Below, piece after piece: positions 12,584 to 24,085 of a DNA stretch of 64,000 bases. Source of the stretch: Amoebophrya sp. A120 (lineage: Eukaryota; Protista; Dinoflagellata); NCBI GenBank assembly GCA_905178155.1, contig CAJINV010000003.1, positions 9,121,979 through 9,185,978 of the forward strand, in the 5' to 3' direction. The notes beneath the pieces were generated by a model. The model saw only the letters and a list, made by a program, of their open reading frames with translations, was not told the origin of the DNA and did not search any database. The number at the start of each line of letters is the position of its first letter. Within the stretch, counting starts at the first letter, position 1. The position numbers were made by a program, and so were the translations under genes.

Positions 12584-13807
12584 TTTTCCAAACCGTAACC
12601 GTGGATGCGCAAGAGCAAGCTCCGGCCCCGGTCTCGGTTAAGTACGTAATAGAGATCAACAGAACTCAGATAACAGCTCCGAGAAAAGAGGTAAGTAAGT
12701 AACGCCACCTAACGCAGCACTGCACTCGTCTCGTCGACCATCAAGCCAAAAATTGCAATTTAATGATATTTTCTTTTTTTACAATGCAGCTTGCGATGTC
12801 AAATTTCCTAACGCACTGGCGATGCAAGAAACCGTGCCAGTGCAGCCGAAACTTCTACCCATCCCGGCAGCTAGTAGTCCTCATCCTCAATGCTCTCAGT
12901 CACACTCCTTTCCTCTCGCAGTCCCTCGCTCTCGGACGAGAACGAGTGCCGAGCTCGTGTTAATATTTTCATGAAAAATATGAATCAATGGCTTAGCATC
13001 GCTTCTCCACCCATTTTCTAGTCTGCAACCTGGCTCAATATTCCCTTGTGGCCTGCTTGCCCGCTACCTAGTTCCGGCTTCATGCGCATTCTCTATTCAT
13101 TTCACTCAATCAGAACCTAGCTAAAAAAGACTCTGGCTCGATAAACCGGCTGAGCAAGGACAAAATTTGTGTATACCTCAGGTAGGACGAAGCGGAGATT
13201 CAAAACTCCCGCCTGACCTTACAAAAATCTTGCGAGAATGCGTAAACAAATTGCGCACGAGCCTGCACGACTTTTTTGCAAAACAAGTACTTACTTAGTA
13301 CGGCCGGGCTTTTTCAGACAAGCCGCGCAGCAAGAGCAAGAAGCTGTCCAGCTTACCGCCACGCCAAGACTCACTTACACTTCTTTTTTTTTGGTTCCAA
13401 ACTGAAATACATCGTCGACAATCTGCACGGTTCCAAACTGACGGAATCAAATGTCAAAGAAATCATCAAAGAGAGCGCATCAAAGAATCATTAGTATCAG
13501 AGCACTTGACGCGCTCGCGCAAAAGAGACATATTTGACTTATTTTTGACTCGTGCTTCACAGAGCAGTAAATCAAAATCGCATGCAAAAAGTGCCAGAAT
13601 GGTTTCATCCTGATGCTCTGCATGCTTGCTCCAAAATTCGAAAAGTTTCATGATTTGCATTTCTCAGGAGTGTATCATGAACATATGTAGCATCTGAATG
13701 TTTGAGTTTGCAAGCCTTTCTCTTCGGCGAGAGCCAAGCGATCTTCCTCTCTTGTAACTTCTGCAAGTGTCAGTTTGTCTTTGTTCCTATTGCGAAGTCC
13801 GCATTAC

Positions 13808-16800
13808 TTAGATCGGACGCGTCCCCGGCTTCCAGGCCCCGTTCGCCCCGACGTAGGCAGTAGATCCGGGCTGGCCCGTATGGTACGAAAAAAAGTGTCT
13901 CGCTGTTACTGTGGTTGTGGTGCCCGTGAGGTGTTGATAGTCATGATTTAGATTTTGGTTTTGCAGGATCTGCATACAAGTACACATTTGTGCTGATCAC
14001 AAGGAAATTCAAATTTTCGCTTTCCGATAAAAACTTTCTAGTAAGGCCGGAGATGAACATACCGATACGTAACTTAAAGTGCCCCCTTTTGCAGTTCATT
14101 GTGAGACTATCATTCAAAGCTTCCCCTTCATGAATTGCTGTAGTGCATCCTCCGCATCACAGTTTCACAGCGACGCAGTTTTTTCCAGCGTAGCCCTTCC
14201 AGTCCTCATAGTAGGTGACCACGTCCTTGAACTCGTTGCCCGGGTAGCCCCGCTCCAGAACCTATGAACTGCAACCAGCAGGTCTGGGGCTGAGTGTGAT
14301 TCTGGAAAAACGCACAGCTTGCGCTCGTCGCAAACTCTGTATCTGTAACTGTATGAAATAGCATGACAGCTAGTAGATCTAAATAATAGTCCCACTCCAG
14401 ATCCAGCCCGGACCTGAGTCAAAATTCCCCGGCGTAGATCCCTGTAGCAAACGATATCCCACTTGTTCTGCACAAAGCACCCGGGGGGCGGAGCCTTGAA
14501 ACTGAAGGGCCCCACCTCAATGTTGTGCTGCTGCAGCTCCAGCGGGGAGAACCCCCAGCACATCTTGTAGTCATCCTCGTCTCCACTGGTGCTGATTCCA
14601 AAAATGTACTTCTCCTCCTTTCCGTCCACCGTGGCCTCCGCCTGCTGCGGGTTCACGAATCCCTGGAACTCCGCGACCTCCATGTCGTCGTCCCCACAGG
14701 TGGACGTGCCTTTGATCAGCAGAAGCCGGTTGGAGTTGGCGAATCCGGTCCCATACACATTCACTGTGCAAAACCGCCCGATCGTACAATCTGCGGAGAA
14801 GTCCACGAAGGGCCCCTTCATCTCGAATATGCCGACCTCAGGGTAGTTTCAGGATTGATATCAGGACTTAACTATGTATACGCACAGCTTTACCACGAGT
14901 GAAGACTAAGCGACCGACAACATGCGGGTTTTTTTATGCCTTGAAATTTCGACTTTTTGTTAGCCCTCATATTGCACTTGTTCACAAGCAGTACGAAGTT
15001 GGTTTGTTTGATACATCGCGCTATACTCCAAATTGAAATTGTAGTTCGTACAGGGAGATTGTGATTGAAATGTCTGTGCATTTCTCCTTGAAAGGAGGAT
15101 GCGAATGCGCCACCGACGCGCACCAACATATACGAAGTATTTCCTTGTTGTTCGAAATAGCGTGACCCCGCAGCACTGGCTGTGAGGTGGCTGGTCTATT
15201 CTAGTCTTCATCTGCTGAAATCTTAATTGCGGCTGTGGGACATACAAAAGGGCACGCACACATAAACTGAAACACAAAACAACGCTGCATCGAGTACATT
15301 GAAAATTGTGCCGAGAGAAGTTGATACCTGTGTAATATAGCTGGTCACACCGGTTTGGGGACTGTGCGACCAGCACAGCTTGTAATGGTCCCCGATACAT
15401 GTATTAGACGGGTCGTCGATTATATGGAGCAGAAAAGTCGCCTCGATGCCATATTTGCGCGTAATTTGTTGCCGTTATCAAGGACAGCATGAAAGCCCCT
15501 GCCGCACCGCTTCGATTGCGCAAACCTGCACAACTGTTAGCAACCACCCGGCCTCGCGGCCCGATTTCTGCCATTAGTTCTTTTCGGTTTTTCTTTTTTT
15601 AGGCCCCGGTTGCTCTGCGTCCCAGAGTCTGCAAAACCATGACTGACAAGTGGCGGGGACCGTAACCCTTCTTGTCGTGGTCGGCCGTTGCTAGTGCTTA
15701 CCCCTACGAACAACACAGCTAGAACACAGCGGCCTCGTTTGGCGCAGCGCACGATAACCGCGGAGGAGTCAGCTTTTTAACAGTTGAAGGGGTCCACTTA
15801 CGTTAAAGAGGCGGGGCGGCCAGCTCCTGCCGCCTATCCCTACGCGGATGGATAGACCTACAAAAAATAGAGGGAAGCCAGTCCCAGACCCAGTCCCTGT
15901 CCCACTGCGCATGAAACCCGGTCAATAAATATGGCATCGATATCAATACACTTCTGTGTCGGATATACTCTGCAGGCCACATACGATCCTCCTACGGTGA
16001 CGATACCCACGTATAGACAGGCAAAGCCACTTACACACAGGATCTTTTCCTTGTTCTTGACTCTCGCCTTGAATCATGACGTACACTTCTCACCGCGAAT
16101 CCAAGTAGCATTGACAAGGCGAAAAAATCTCAATCATGTTCATACATAGCTATCCATCCGCATCCCATCGTGTAGTTGACAGCATGACAATTATTCCTGC
16201 TCGTCTTGCGAGGCTCCTGCTACAACGCATTCATCTCGACAACAGGAGAACCCGGCCAAAAACCTGGCCCTGGTCCGGTGCTTCTTACTTTTAATAGCCA
16301 GATCCTCGTGATAACCCCTTTGCCTTTCATAGCATGCGGTACTGGTTATCGTAATCGTCGTCAGACACCAGTCGCGGATTGGTCAGCCCCACCATGGCGC
16401 CAGGCGTAGCGGCGGCGTTCCCGCAAGGTTGGCTGGAAGTGATGATGTACACCTGGTTGGTGTTCGCGAGACCGAAGCCCTCCAGCAGGATGGTGCAGGC
16501 CTGTCCAAGCGTGCACGCTACGGTGGGGCCCCGCACCTCGTACCACGAGTTGGTGAACGCATTGGGAACGCGGGCAGGATTTTCCGTGAACAGCGTTCCC
16601 TTGTGATTCGTCAAACTCGTCTCGTACAGGTACCAGCCCTGGTAGGGACCAGATAACACCTTGTACGTGTTGCCGTCGTTCGCGTCCTGCTGAGCAGTGA
16701 TGGCTTCGTTCGTTTCCAGTGTGCACAGTACTTGGTAGATGCCCAGAATCTGGGCCACGTTGTACGTGCCGTCGAAACACTTGAAAAGCCTCTGCTTCGG

Positions 16801-19800
16801 TCCGTAAACGGTGAAGAAACCGATCGTGACCTTGTAGTCCTGATACGTGGTAAGAGAGCTGGGATTGTGTGCCCAACACACCTTGCCGTTGATGCCTGGG
16901 CGCCCGGCAAAAGGCGACCCGGTCAAGTACGTGTCCGCGGCATTAGCGGCCCCGGACAGCGCGGTGGCCTTCGGATTGGTCTGCCCGGTCAGGTAGTGCA
17001 ACGTCGGAGTGGTGTCACCGCAGTTGCTGCCTCGATCGATGATCAGCAGCGCATTCGTGGAAGCTAAGTCGGTGCCGGTCAAAGGAATGTCGCACGGCAT
17101 CGAAAGGTAGCAAAACTTCGGCACCTGCACGGGCCCCACCATCTTGAAGGGCCCGATCTCAAACTTGAACCCCTGCAGGTAGAGCGGATCCGTACTGACC
17201 GGCGGGTCGAACGCGAAGCAGAGCCGATACATCCCTGGCGTTCCGAGCAGCGGCGTCTGAGTATCAAAGTGAAAAATCCCCCCTCCCCGTATCAAAACGG
17301 AAATCTGTGATGCGGCATTTGTGTACACAAATCCAACCTGTCTAGCAGTAGAGAACTGCAGGCAGATGCAGTGCCTGAGTAGGGGCGTTTTGCTGTAGGC
17401 GCCTAGCAAGGCAGGCACATCCTCTGTAGGCGATACAGCATTACAAAGCGCCTGCGAAACGCGGCCGATTCTCTGGCTTTGCCCTCTTGCAATACAGGGA
17501 CGATTTGTGGTCACAAATCAGCATCACAAATTTTCAGTAGTGCCCCTTTTTGGTATGGGGAGGGGGTATTTTTCCTCACAATACTGAAAACTGAACTTGT
17601 TGAAGTTGCCGTCTTGATCGGTTTGTACGGGGTTCGGGAAGTTTGTGAATACCGCCAGCTGCGCATTGGTTGCGCCGCACTCCGTACCGTACTCAATGAT
17701 GGCCGCCTCCTGGGTAGCCGCGAGCCCCACACCTGTGATAGCGACCTGGCAAACTTCACCCAGGGTGCACGTTACCAGTGTCTCATAGTTGGCACCGACC
17801 AGCGTGAACATGCCTACTTGGACATTGTACTCTTCCACGTTTTCTGCATTGCGAACCTGTCTGGGTCTGGAAGAGTTCCAACGAGTGACGCACACTCCGG
17901 ATCACACAAACTGTCTTTGCGTTGCATCAACGACACTCACCGGAACAGGCAGCGAAAAAACTGCGCATTTGCGTTGCATCAACGACACTCACCGGAACAG
18001 GCAGCAAAAAAACTGCGCAAAGCCTGTCGATATTACTTTTGCGTGCATTCCAGATCCAGACCATCTACGTTGACCGCACGACGCATGACAAACAAGCGCA
18101 CTCTTGTTCCAGGCCCAGACATATTTGCACTTGATACCTTTGCGAGGGTCCGATTCGTGGTGTTCACCGTAGCAGCGTGACTCCAACACACGCGGTAAAA
18201 CTGTCCCGCGATGCCGGTGGTTATTGGGCCGACCTTGTACGTGTTGTAGCTGCCGTCTTGCTGCACGAAAGTCGGAAGCGTGACACCCTCAAAATCCACT
18301 GGCGTTGCACCGGCATCGCCGCACGCAACATCCTGGTTGGATGCATCCTGATTTAATGAGATCAGAAGATTCTCGCATATTCATCGCCCTGATGCAGCGT
18401 CGTGACATAGAATTTTCTACCCTGGGTTTTCATTCCCGCCACATGGCGCAGCCGCGCGACAAACGTAAAAAGCAACTCCCAGAGCCGAGTTTTTACTTTT
18501 ACAATAATCAAATTACAAGAGCTACATGTTGAGTACCCGGTAATTGATGATCAAGATGGAGTTTGTCGAGGCCAAGCCGTTGCCGTAGAGGGTGATCGTG
18601 CAGTCCATGGAGAGCTCACACGCGGACGCGACCGGATTGTTGGGCCCGCTCATGACAAAGTCGCCGATCGTAACTTTGTAGTACTGCCGAAAATTTTGCG
18701 GTATGGCCCCAAGATTACCGTTGATGAGGCCGCACGACCAACACAGCTTGAAAGTTCCAGGCGGGCCCGTCTTTGGGGTGCCGGTGTCGTAAGTCGCGCC
18801 GGTGCTTCCCGCCGTCGTTTTCTTGATTTCGTCCATATTCGAATAGGAAGGCATTGCGGGCACCACGTCTCCGCAAGTCGAGCTACTCTGGATGATCAGA
18901 ATCACATTGTCGTCCGTGAGATCGACCCCGGTCAATGAGATCTGACACGACAGACCCAAGGTGCAGGGCGTCGTCTGCGGGAAGGGGCCCTTCATCCGCA
19001 AAAACCCCACCTCGAAGCGAAACTCTAGCAAATTCGCGCCGTCATTCGTCGGCTCATGTGACCAACAGATGGGATAGTGAGTCGCGGGCGAGCCCGACCG
19101 AACAGTGCCAAAACTGTACCGGGCGGGACTCGTGCCCTGCGTCTGCCGCGGATTCGTCCACTCATTTGCGATGACGGCCTGGAGTGGGGCCTGCGTGGTA
19201 GAGAAACCGCAGCTCTGGTTCACCGCAAGCATCTGAAAGAAATTGAAAAGGGCTGGTGCTCGGCACACTGAAACTCACAAATCATCAAAAGGAAAATACC
19301 AGCACAAAATTTTCTCTTAGTGCGCGCAGGGCCACGCACTTGCAGAAAGAACTATTTTGGTTTTGTCCCGGTACTATCATCCATGCAAGCGCCATGATCC
19401 GGCAACGGTCATACAAGTCAATGCGTAGGAGTTGGGCAAGTGCAAGTGCGCGCGAGTCGCCGCAGTTCCTTCCTGTGAAGAATAACTAACTGTAAATACA
19501 AACTTCACTCGCTTACCAGTGCATAATTGCTGTCTTGTAAGCCAACAGAATCGGTCGAAAACTGTATCTGGCAGTTCTCACCCATTGTGCAGAAGAACGC
19601 ACCATAGGAGTGCACAACCGGCCCTCGGATTTCCATACGGCCCAATCGCATCCGGAAGAAGGTAGTGTTCGTCTCATTAACCGCAGAATAACAAAGCTGG
19701 TAGCTGGAGAGTGACGTTTGATTATATATGGAGCCTGTTGCTGCTTGTGCTTGTTTCCATTCTGGTATTAAAGTTGTACTTTTATACTTCTATCCCGGCC

Positions 19801-22800
19801 CCCCTACCGTTACATTAGTCAAAGCATCATAGCATGATGGTGCCTGGTCCCGTTGTCGTTGTGTTGTCATCAAAGAAATATTCAAATTGAAATCAAAATG
19901 AAAATTCAAATCACGACTGTAGTTTTGTATACTCTGCCTTGACTGTTCCGAAGGATGGCATACCCAGCCTGTAAACTTCGGTGCTTCCGTCGACGTAGTT
20001 TTGAATTCCATAGCCCGGATTCCTCCACGGAAGTGCACTTCCAATGCCACCGGTAATATCAATGCCAGCACTTTCCTGGCTACACGTCTCACTCGGCCCG
20101 ATGACTGCGATATTTGACTCCGGCGGGATCAGGTGCCTAGAAGTGCATTTTTGTGAGTATGCTAGTGATTGACTGAAAAATGATTGCAAGCGGGTCGTAC
20201 CGGCGAGGCCTTACTGCTAGCTCCTGCTAGTATGCTGCTAGACTCCAAGACCAAGATGAGAGCATGACTAGATACCATTTCGAGGACAACAAAACTCGGT
20301 GCAGAGCTCGACCCCGTAAGCAATAAGACTTAGAAACTTCGCGTATCTTCATCTCATTCGCATCGGGTTATGTTTTATCTGGGTCTTCTCGACAGGATGA
20401 GTTTGCGTTTGCGTGAATAATCTGCATGACGAGTGGGACTAGAATCAATTATGTACAGCACGCAGCATTTGCATACCCTCTAAGGTCAATCTGGCACATG
20501 AAAGTCATGTAGCAAATGTTGTTCTCGCGCTGCGGCCCAATGATGATGAGAAGTCCCAGAAGAATGTTGTAGTGCTGCAAACAGTTGGCCACGGAACACG
20601 TTGGCGGCGTCTCCGGGGGAAAGCCGCCCCAACACAGCTTGTAATTCTCGCCCGGCTCGTCGCTCGAATGTGCCTGCGTGGGGACCCCAAATTCGAAGTA
20701 CGTGAAGGTGTCATTCACCCAGTTTGCGGGTAGGGGGTTGATGGCCTGGTCGCCAAGAAGCGCCTTCGCACTCAACGTGTCGCCGCAGGGGTTCGCCGAG
20801 TCCGAGCGGTGAAGCAAAATCCCATTACTGGGAAGGAGCCCCGCACCGTCCACGTCGATCCGGCAGGGTAGAGAAAGCGTACAGCGGTAGGGCGGGTTCT
20901 GGTTCGGGCCGTTTACAAAAAAGCTTCCGAGTGGGAGAATGTAGTTGCTGTACGCGTTGATACCCCCCATCTGCTCCGGGTCCGCGGCGTAGCAAATCGT
21001 GTAGTTGACCCCCGTGGGCCCGCTGAGAAACCCGCGAAACACGCCGACGCGCTGACTCAGACGCCAGTCCGCGTACACATTCTGGACCAACACCGCGGAG
21101 TCCTCCTGGATGCGCGGATTAAAACCGTTTCCCCAGTTGACCAGCGTGGGCACCGCCGCGCCGCAGGTGGTGTCTGGACTCACGGTGATAATGTATGCCC
21201 GAGGCTGCGGGTCCTGGGTCGTCGGGGCTGCCGTGTCGGTCGTGGGCTTCGCCAGCTTCATGTTCACATCCTGCTGGAAGCCGGTGACGTAGATGTAGCA
21301 CTCGACGCCGAGCGTGCAAATGAAGTGTTCGGCGTCCGGGTTGGGTCCGCTCATCGTCAGCGTGCCGACGGTTTTGTCGTAGTCCTGGAAGGTCGCACCG
21401 CCGTTGGTGCTGTAGCAAACCTTGTACTCGTCCACCTCCCCAACGGACAGCGTGCCCATGTTCACCTCCTGCTCTTCCAGCGTATAGATGACGATTCCCG
21501 CGCCGGTGTAGGTGTAGGAGTAGGACCCCGTGCCCGCGGTGGCGTTGGTGCCGTAGTTGGGCATGGTGGCGCCCCAGCTGGGCACCGTGACGCCCGGCAC
21601 GATGTTGGAGGTGGCAGAAATCGGGTTCCCCAGAATGTCGTTCCCCCCGTAGGGCCCCGCGTACGTCACGTTCGGGCTTCCGCACTCGTCGGCGTAGTTG
21701 ACCACGAGGTACTTGTCGTCGCTCGAGTACGAGTGCGAAGAGACCGCATTGCGCGTGTAGGTGCGGATCTTGCAGTCACCCGTGATCGCACAACGCTGGT
21801 TGAAGAACCCACTGATCAGGAAGAAGAAAACCTGTCCGGTATCGGCGTCCGTCGTGCGCGGATTGGGTCGAAACTGGCTTTTCAGGCAGCACACGTTCTC
21901 TTCCGGAAAATTGCTCCCGATACTCTGTTTCACCCATACCCAGCTCACGCAATGCGGCCAGTACTGCCCGCACAGCGCGCAGCACTCCCACTGGTTCGTC
22001 ACCGAGCCGTGGCAACCGGTGGTAAAGGAGGAAGAATCCACCTGCATATTCAGTGTGGCCCAGTTTTCGTCGCTGGTCTTCGATAAGGCGGTTACGCCAT
22101 CGGCGAAGTGCCGAAAATTGTCGTCGTAGTTCACCCCTACTTCTTCCTTGCAGTGCAGGTCATACACGTGATACTGTGCGGCAACGAAAACTGGAGAATA
22201 GAACCAGGACGAAGTGCTGTGCCTCCTCGAGGAAAGCGTAGTTGGCGATGGTGAAGAGGACTCGCTGACGTAATCGAGTTTCCTCCTACAGCCTGATTGT
22301 TCGCCGGTCGACGACCGGAGATGAGCTTCTATTTCCAGCCCTGATGTTCGTGGCTCTTCACTAACACTGCAGGGACCATCGCGATGCGAGTTTTGTCCGA
22401 TCCTCTCTACCCAAAGAAGTCCTGCTCGCACGTCGGGGTCGGGATCTGGTCCTCGCTCCGGGGGAAAATACCAAAAAATATCACTCACGAAAATCAGAAA
22501 AACTGTCGCCAGGCCAAACAGGATGTGTATCCGACTAACCGGCGTCTGTCGGCGCCGACGCTTGCTCCTGCGAGCAGCTTGCTGCCGTACTAAAGCTCTT
22601 GACCAAAAGCTGTTGAGTCGCCGCTTCATTACTGCACAGAAATTGATGTTGTTGGCCCAAGCCGGAGTAGTCTTTTTGGTTTCTACTCTCGCCCTGTCGC
22701 TGCTCGGGTTCCGTCTCAAGCTCCGTCCAGTACCAGTTCGAGATCGAATGTCACTTTCAATTCCGCTCGCTTCCTGCTTTGATCTCCCTCGGGCTTCCTG

Positions 22801-23160
22801 GTTTCGTCGGTCGGCTCCATGCGCAGATGACACAAATGCCAAGGGAACGGGGATGCTCGCTCCGTTCGCCCCGGCCCTGCGGCGTAGCTGCATCCCATCA
22901 TGCTCTTGTTCCACCACAACGAGGCGTCTCCCAAAAACAGACCTGAAGTTGGTGCCCCGCGGAGACTTCGTGAACGCTAATGCCGTGTTCTTCGTTCCAC
23001 TTGTGACGGACAAAAAATGCTCCGCATCTGACATCGCTCGACCCCCAACGGAAGAAGCAACATCGTTCGCGACACCAGGCCGTGGCCGCTCTCTGGAAGG
23101 CCTACTCGTTCCGAGGCCGGAAGGTCCTGCAGGAGCAGCTCCCGTGACCACAGACCACAT
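13808..23160 (-). CDS. Large (about 1,900-2,000 aa) membrane-anchored protein with an Apple/PAN domain and 11 Cys-containing beta-rich repeats; about 12 exons
   Basis: TM segment IHILFGLATVFLIFVSDIFWYF. Apple-like ECCALCGQYWPHCVSWVW…CCLKS. Repeats GP…Cx5CxIxLxG…CG…YxLCW continue across ORFs 20449..23160, 18522..19268, 18033..18299, 17524..17895, 16327..17514, 14165..14821 and short exons at about 19517-19705, 15946-16011 and 15329-15399. Confidence 0.85.
13886..14189. mobile_element. Degenerate introner, last intron of the repeat protein
   Basis: Arms GAAAAAAAGTGTCTCGCTGTTACTGTG / rc GAAAAAACTGCGTCGCTGTGAAACTGTG. The direct repeat is only GTA (or CGTA), so the exact junction is ambiguous. 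Confidence 0.6.
15400..15945. mobile_element. Degenerate introner
   Basis: ATACA at 15395-15399 and 15946-15950. Inverted blocks TGTATT and TCGATGCCATATTT. Excision gives PTQKCIGDHYKLCW. Confidence 0.7.
16012..16332. mobile_element. Degenerate introner
   Basis: Arms TATAGACAGGCAAAG…AGGATCT / rc TATGAAAGGCAAAG…AGGATCT. Imperfect repeat CACG/CATG. Excision gives NQYRMGIVTVGG. Confidence 0.7.
17261..17583. mobile_element. Introner with long (about 70 bp) degenerate arms
   Basis: GTATCAAAGTGAAAAATCCCCCCTCCCCGTATCAAAA…ATTTGTGTACACAAATC versus rc GTATTGTGAGGAAAAATACCCCCTCCCCATACCAAAA…ATTTGTGACCACAAATC. CTGA repeat. Excision gives KFSFQTPLLG. Confidence 0.85.
17916..18019. repeat. Tandem duplication, 2 x 52 bp, inside a GT-AG intron
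   Basis: TTTGCGTTGCATCAACGACACTCACCGGAACAGGCAGC(G/A)AAAAAACTGCGCA occurs twice with one mismatch. Confidence 0.95.
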
Positions 23161-24085
23161 GCGAAAGTGCGGTGTCTGACCGGGAGCAAAGAATGCTCTC
23201 CGGTCGCCCAGCGCTTCATTCCAGTCTACTTAGTACATGCTGCGAAAAGTAGCCTTCCTGTCCTTTTTCCGTCGACCGCCACCGCTGCGGACTACATTAC
23301 AACTGCCACATTTGAACGCACGTGACCTCACTAGTACATGACCTCACTCCATATGAACCCTGACGCAGAACAACCGAAAGCACAGCTACGACACGACTCC
23401 ATGATGATGTCCACGCCCACTTCTAATCCACCGCCTTCCTAAAAACAACACAGCCTAGCCGCACGAAACGCGCCATGCCTGAGTTGTGTATTTACTGCAC
23501 GCGGCTCACTTCTAGTGCGTGGTGGAGGTAGCATCACTGATGATTATACAATCAGCTTAGTGTGACATACCGCAGGTGTTTCGTCTCTCTCCGTCTCCTC
23601 TCAAAAGTCTCTCTGTATAAATAGAGCCCGGCGACAAAGTCGTGCTCGCTTAAGCTAAAAATAAAAATTGAAATTGTCTTAGTCTTACGAACATATATTT
23701 TCATTTCTCGCAAGAAAACAAAAAAGCCGGCTGCGAGAGCCATAGAGACGAGCTGCGAGAGCGAGCTGCGTCGAAAGCCATGTAACTGCTTCTGAAAAGT
23801 CAAGCTCAAATCCGTCGGAAAGTCGGACCCTCATCCGAATAAAGGACACAGACACTATAAATGTACTTCTATATTTTGCAATACATTTTTATCTTTTTTA
23901 GTTTTACCCATCGTAAATGCGCGTATCGGTCGTTTCGATTTCGACTCCCAAATCGAGTCGATCTATGCGTGGAAAACATGCGGCCAAGGGATGAGACACT
24001 ACCGGAAGAGAAGCTATATTTACAACTGGTGACGTTAAAACTAAGCTTTGCTTCTTCTTCTAAACTCCTCATCATTATATACTTA

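Noticed and set aside
15845-16161. 12-bp inverted match GCGGATGGATAG / CTATCCATCCGC between adjacent introns
   Set aside because: A single short match with no further similarity, which cannot be distinguished from chance by eye.
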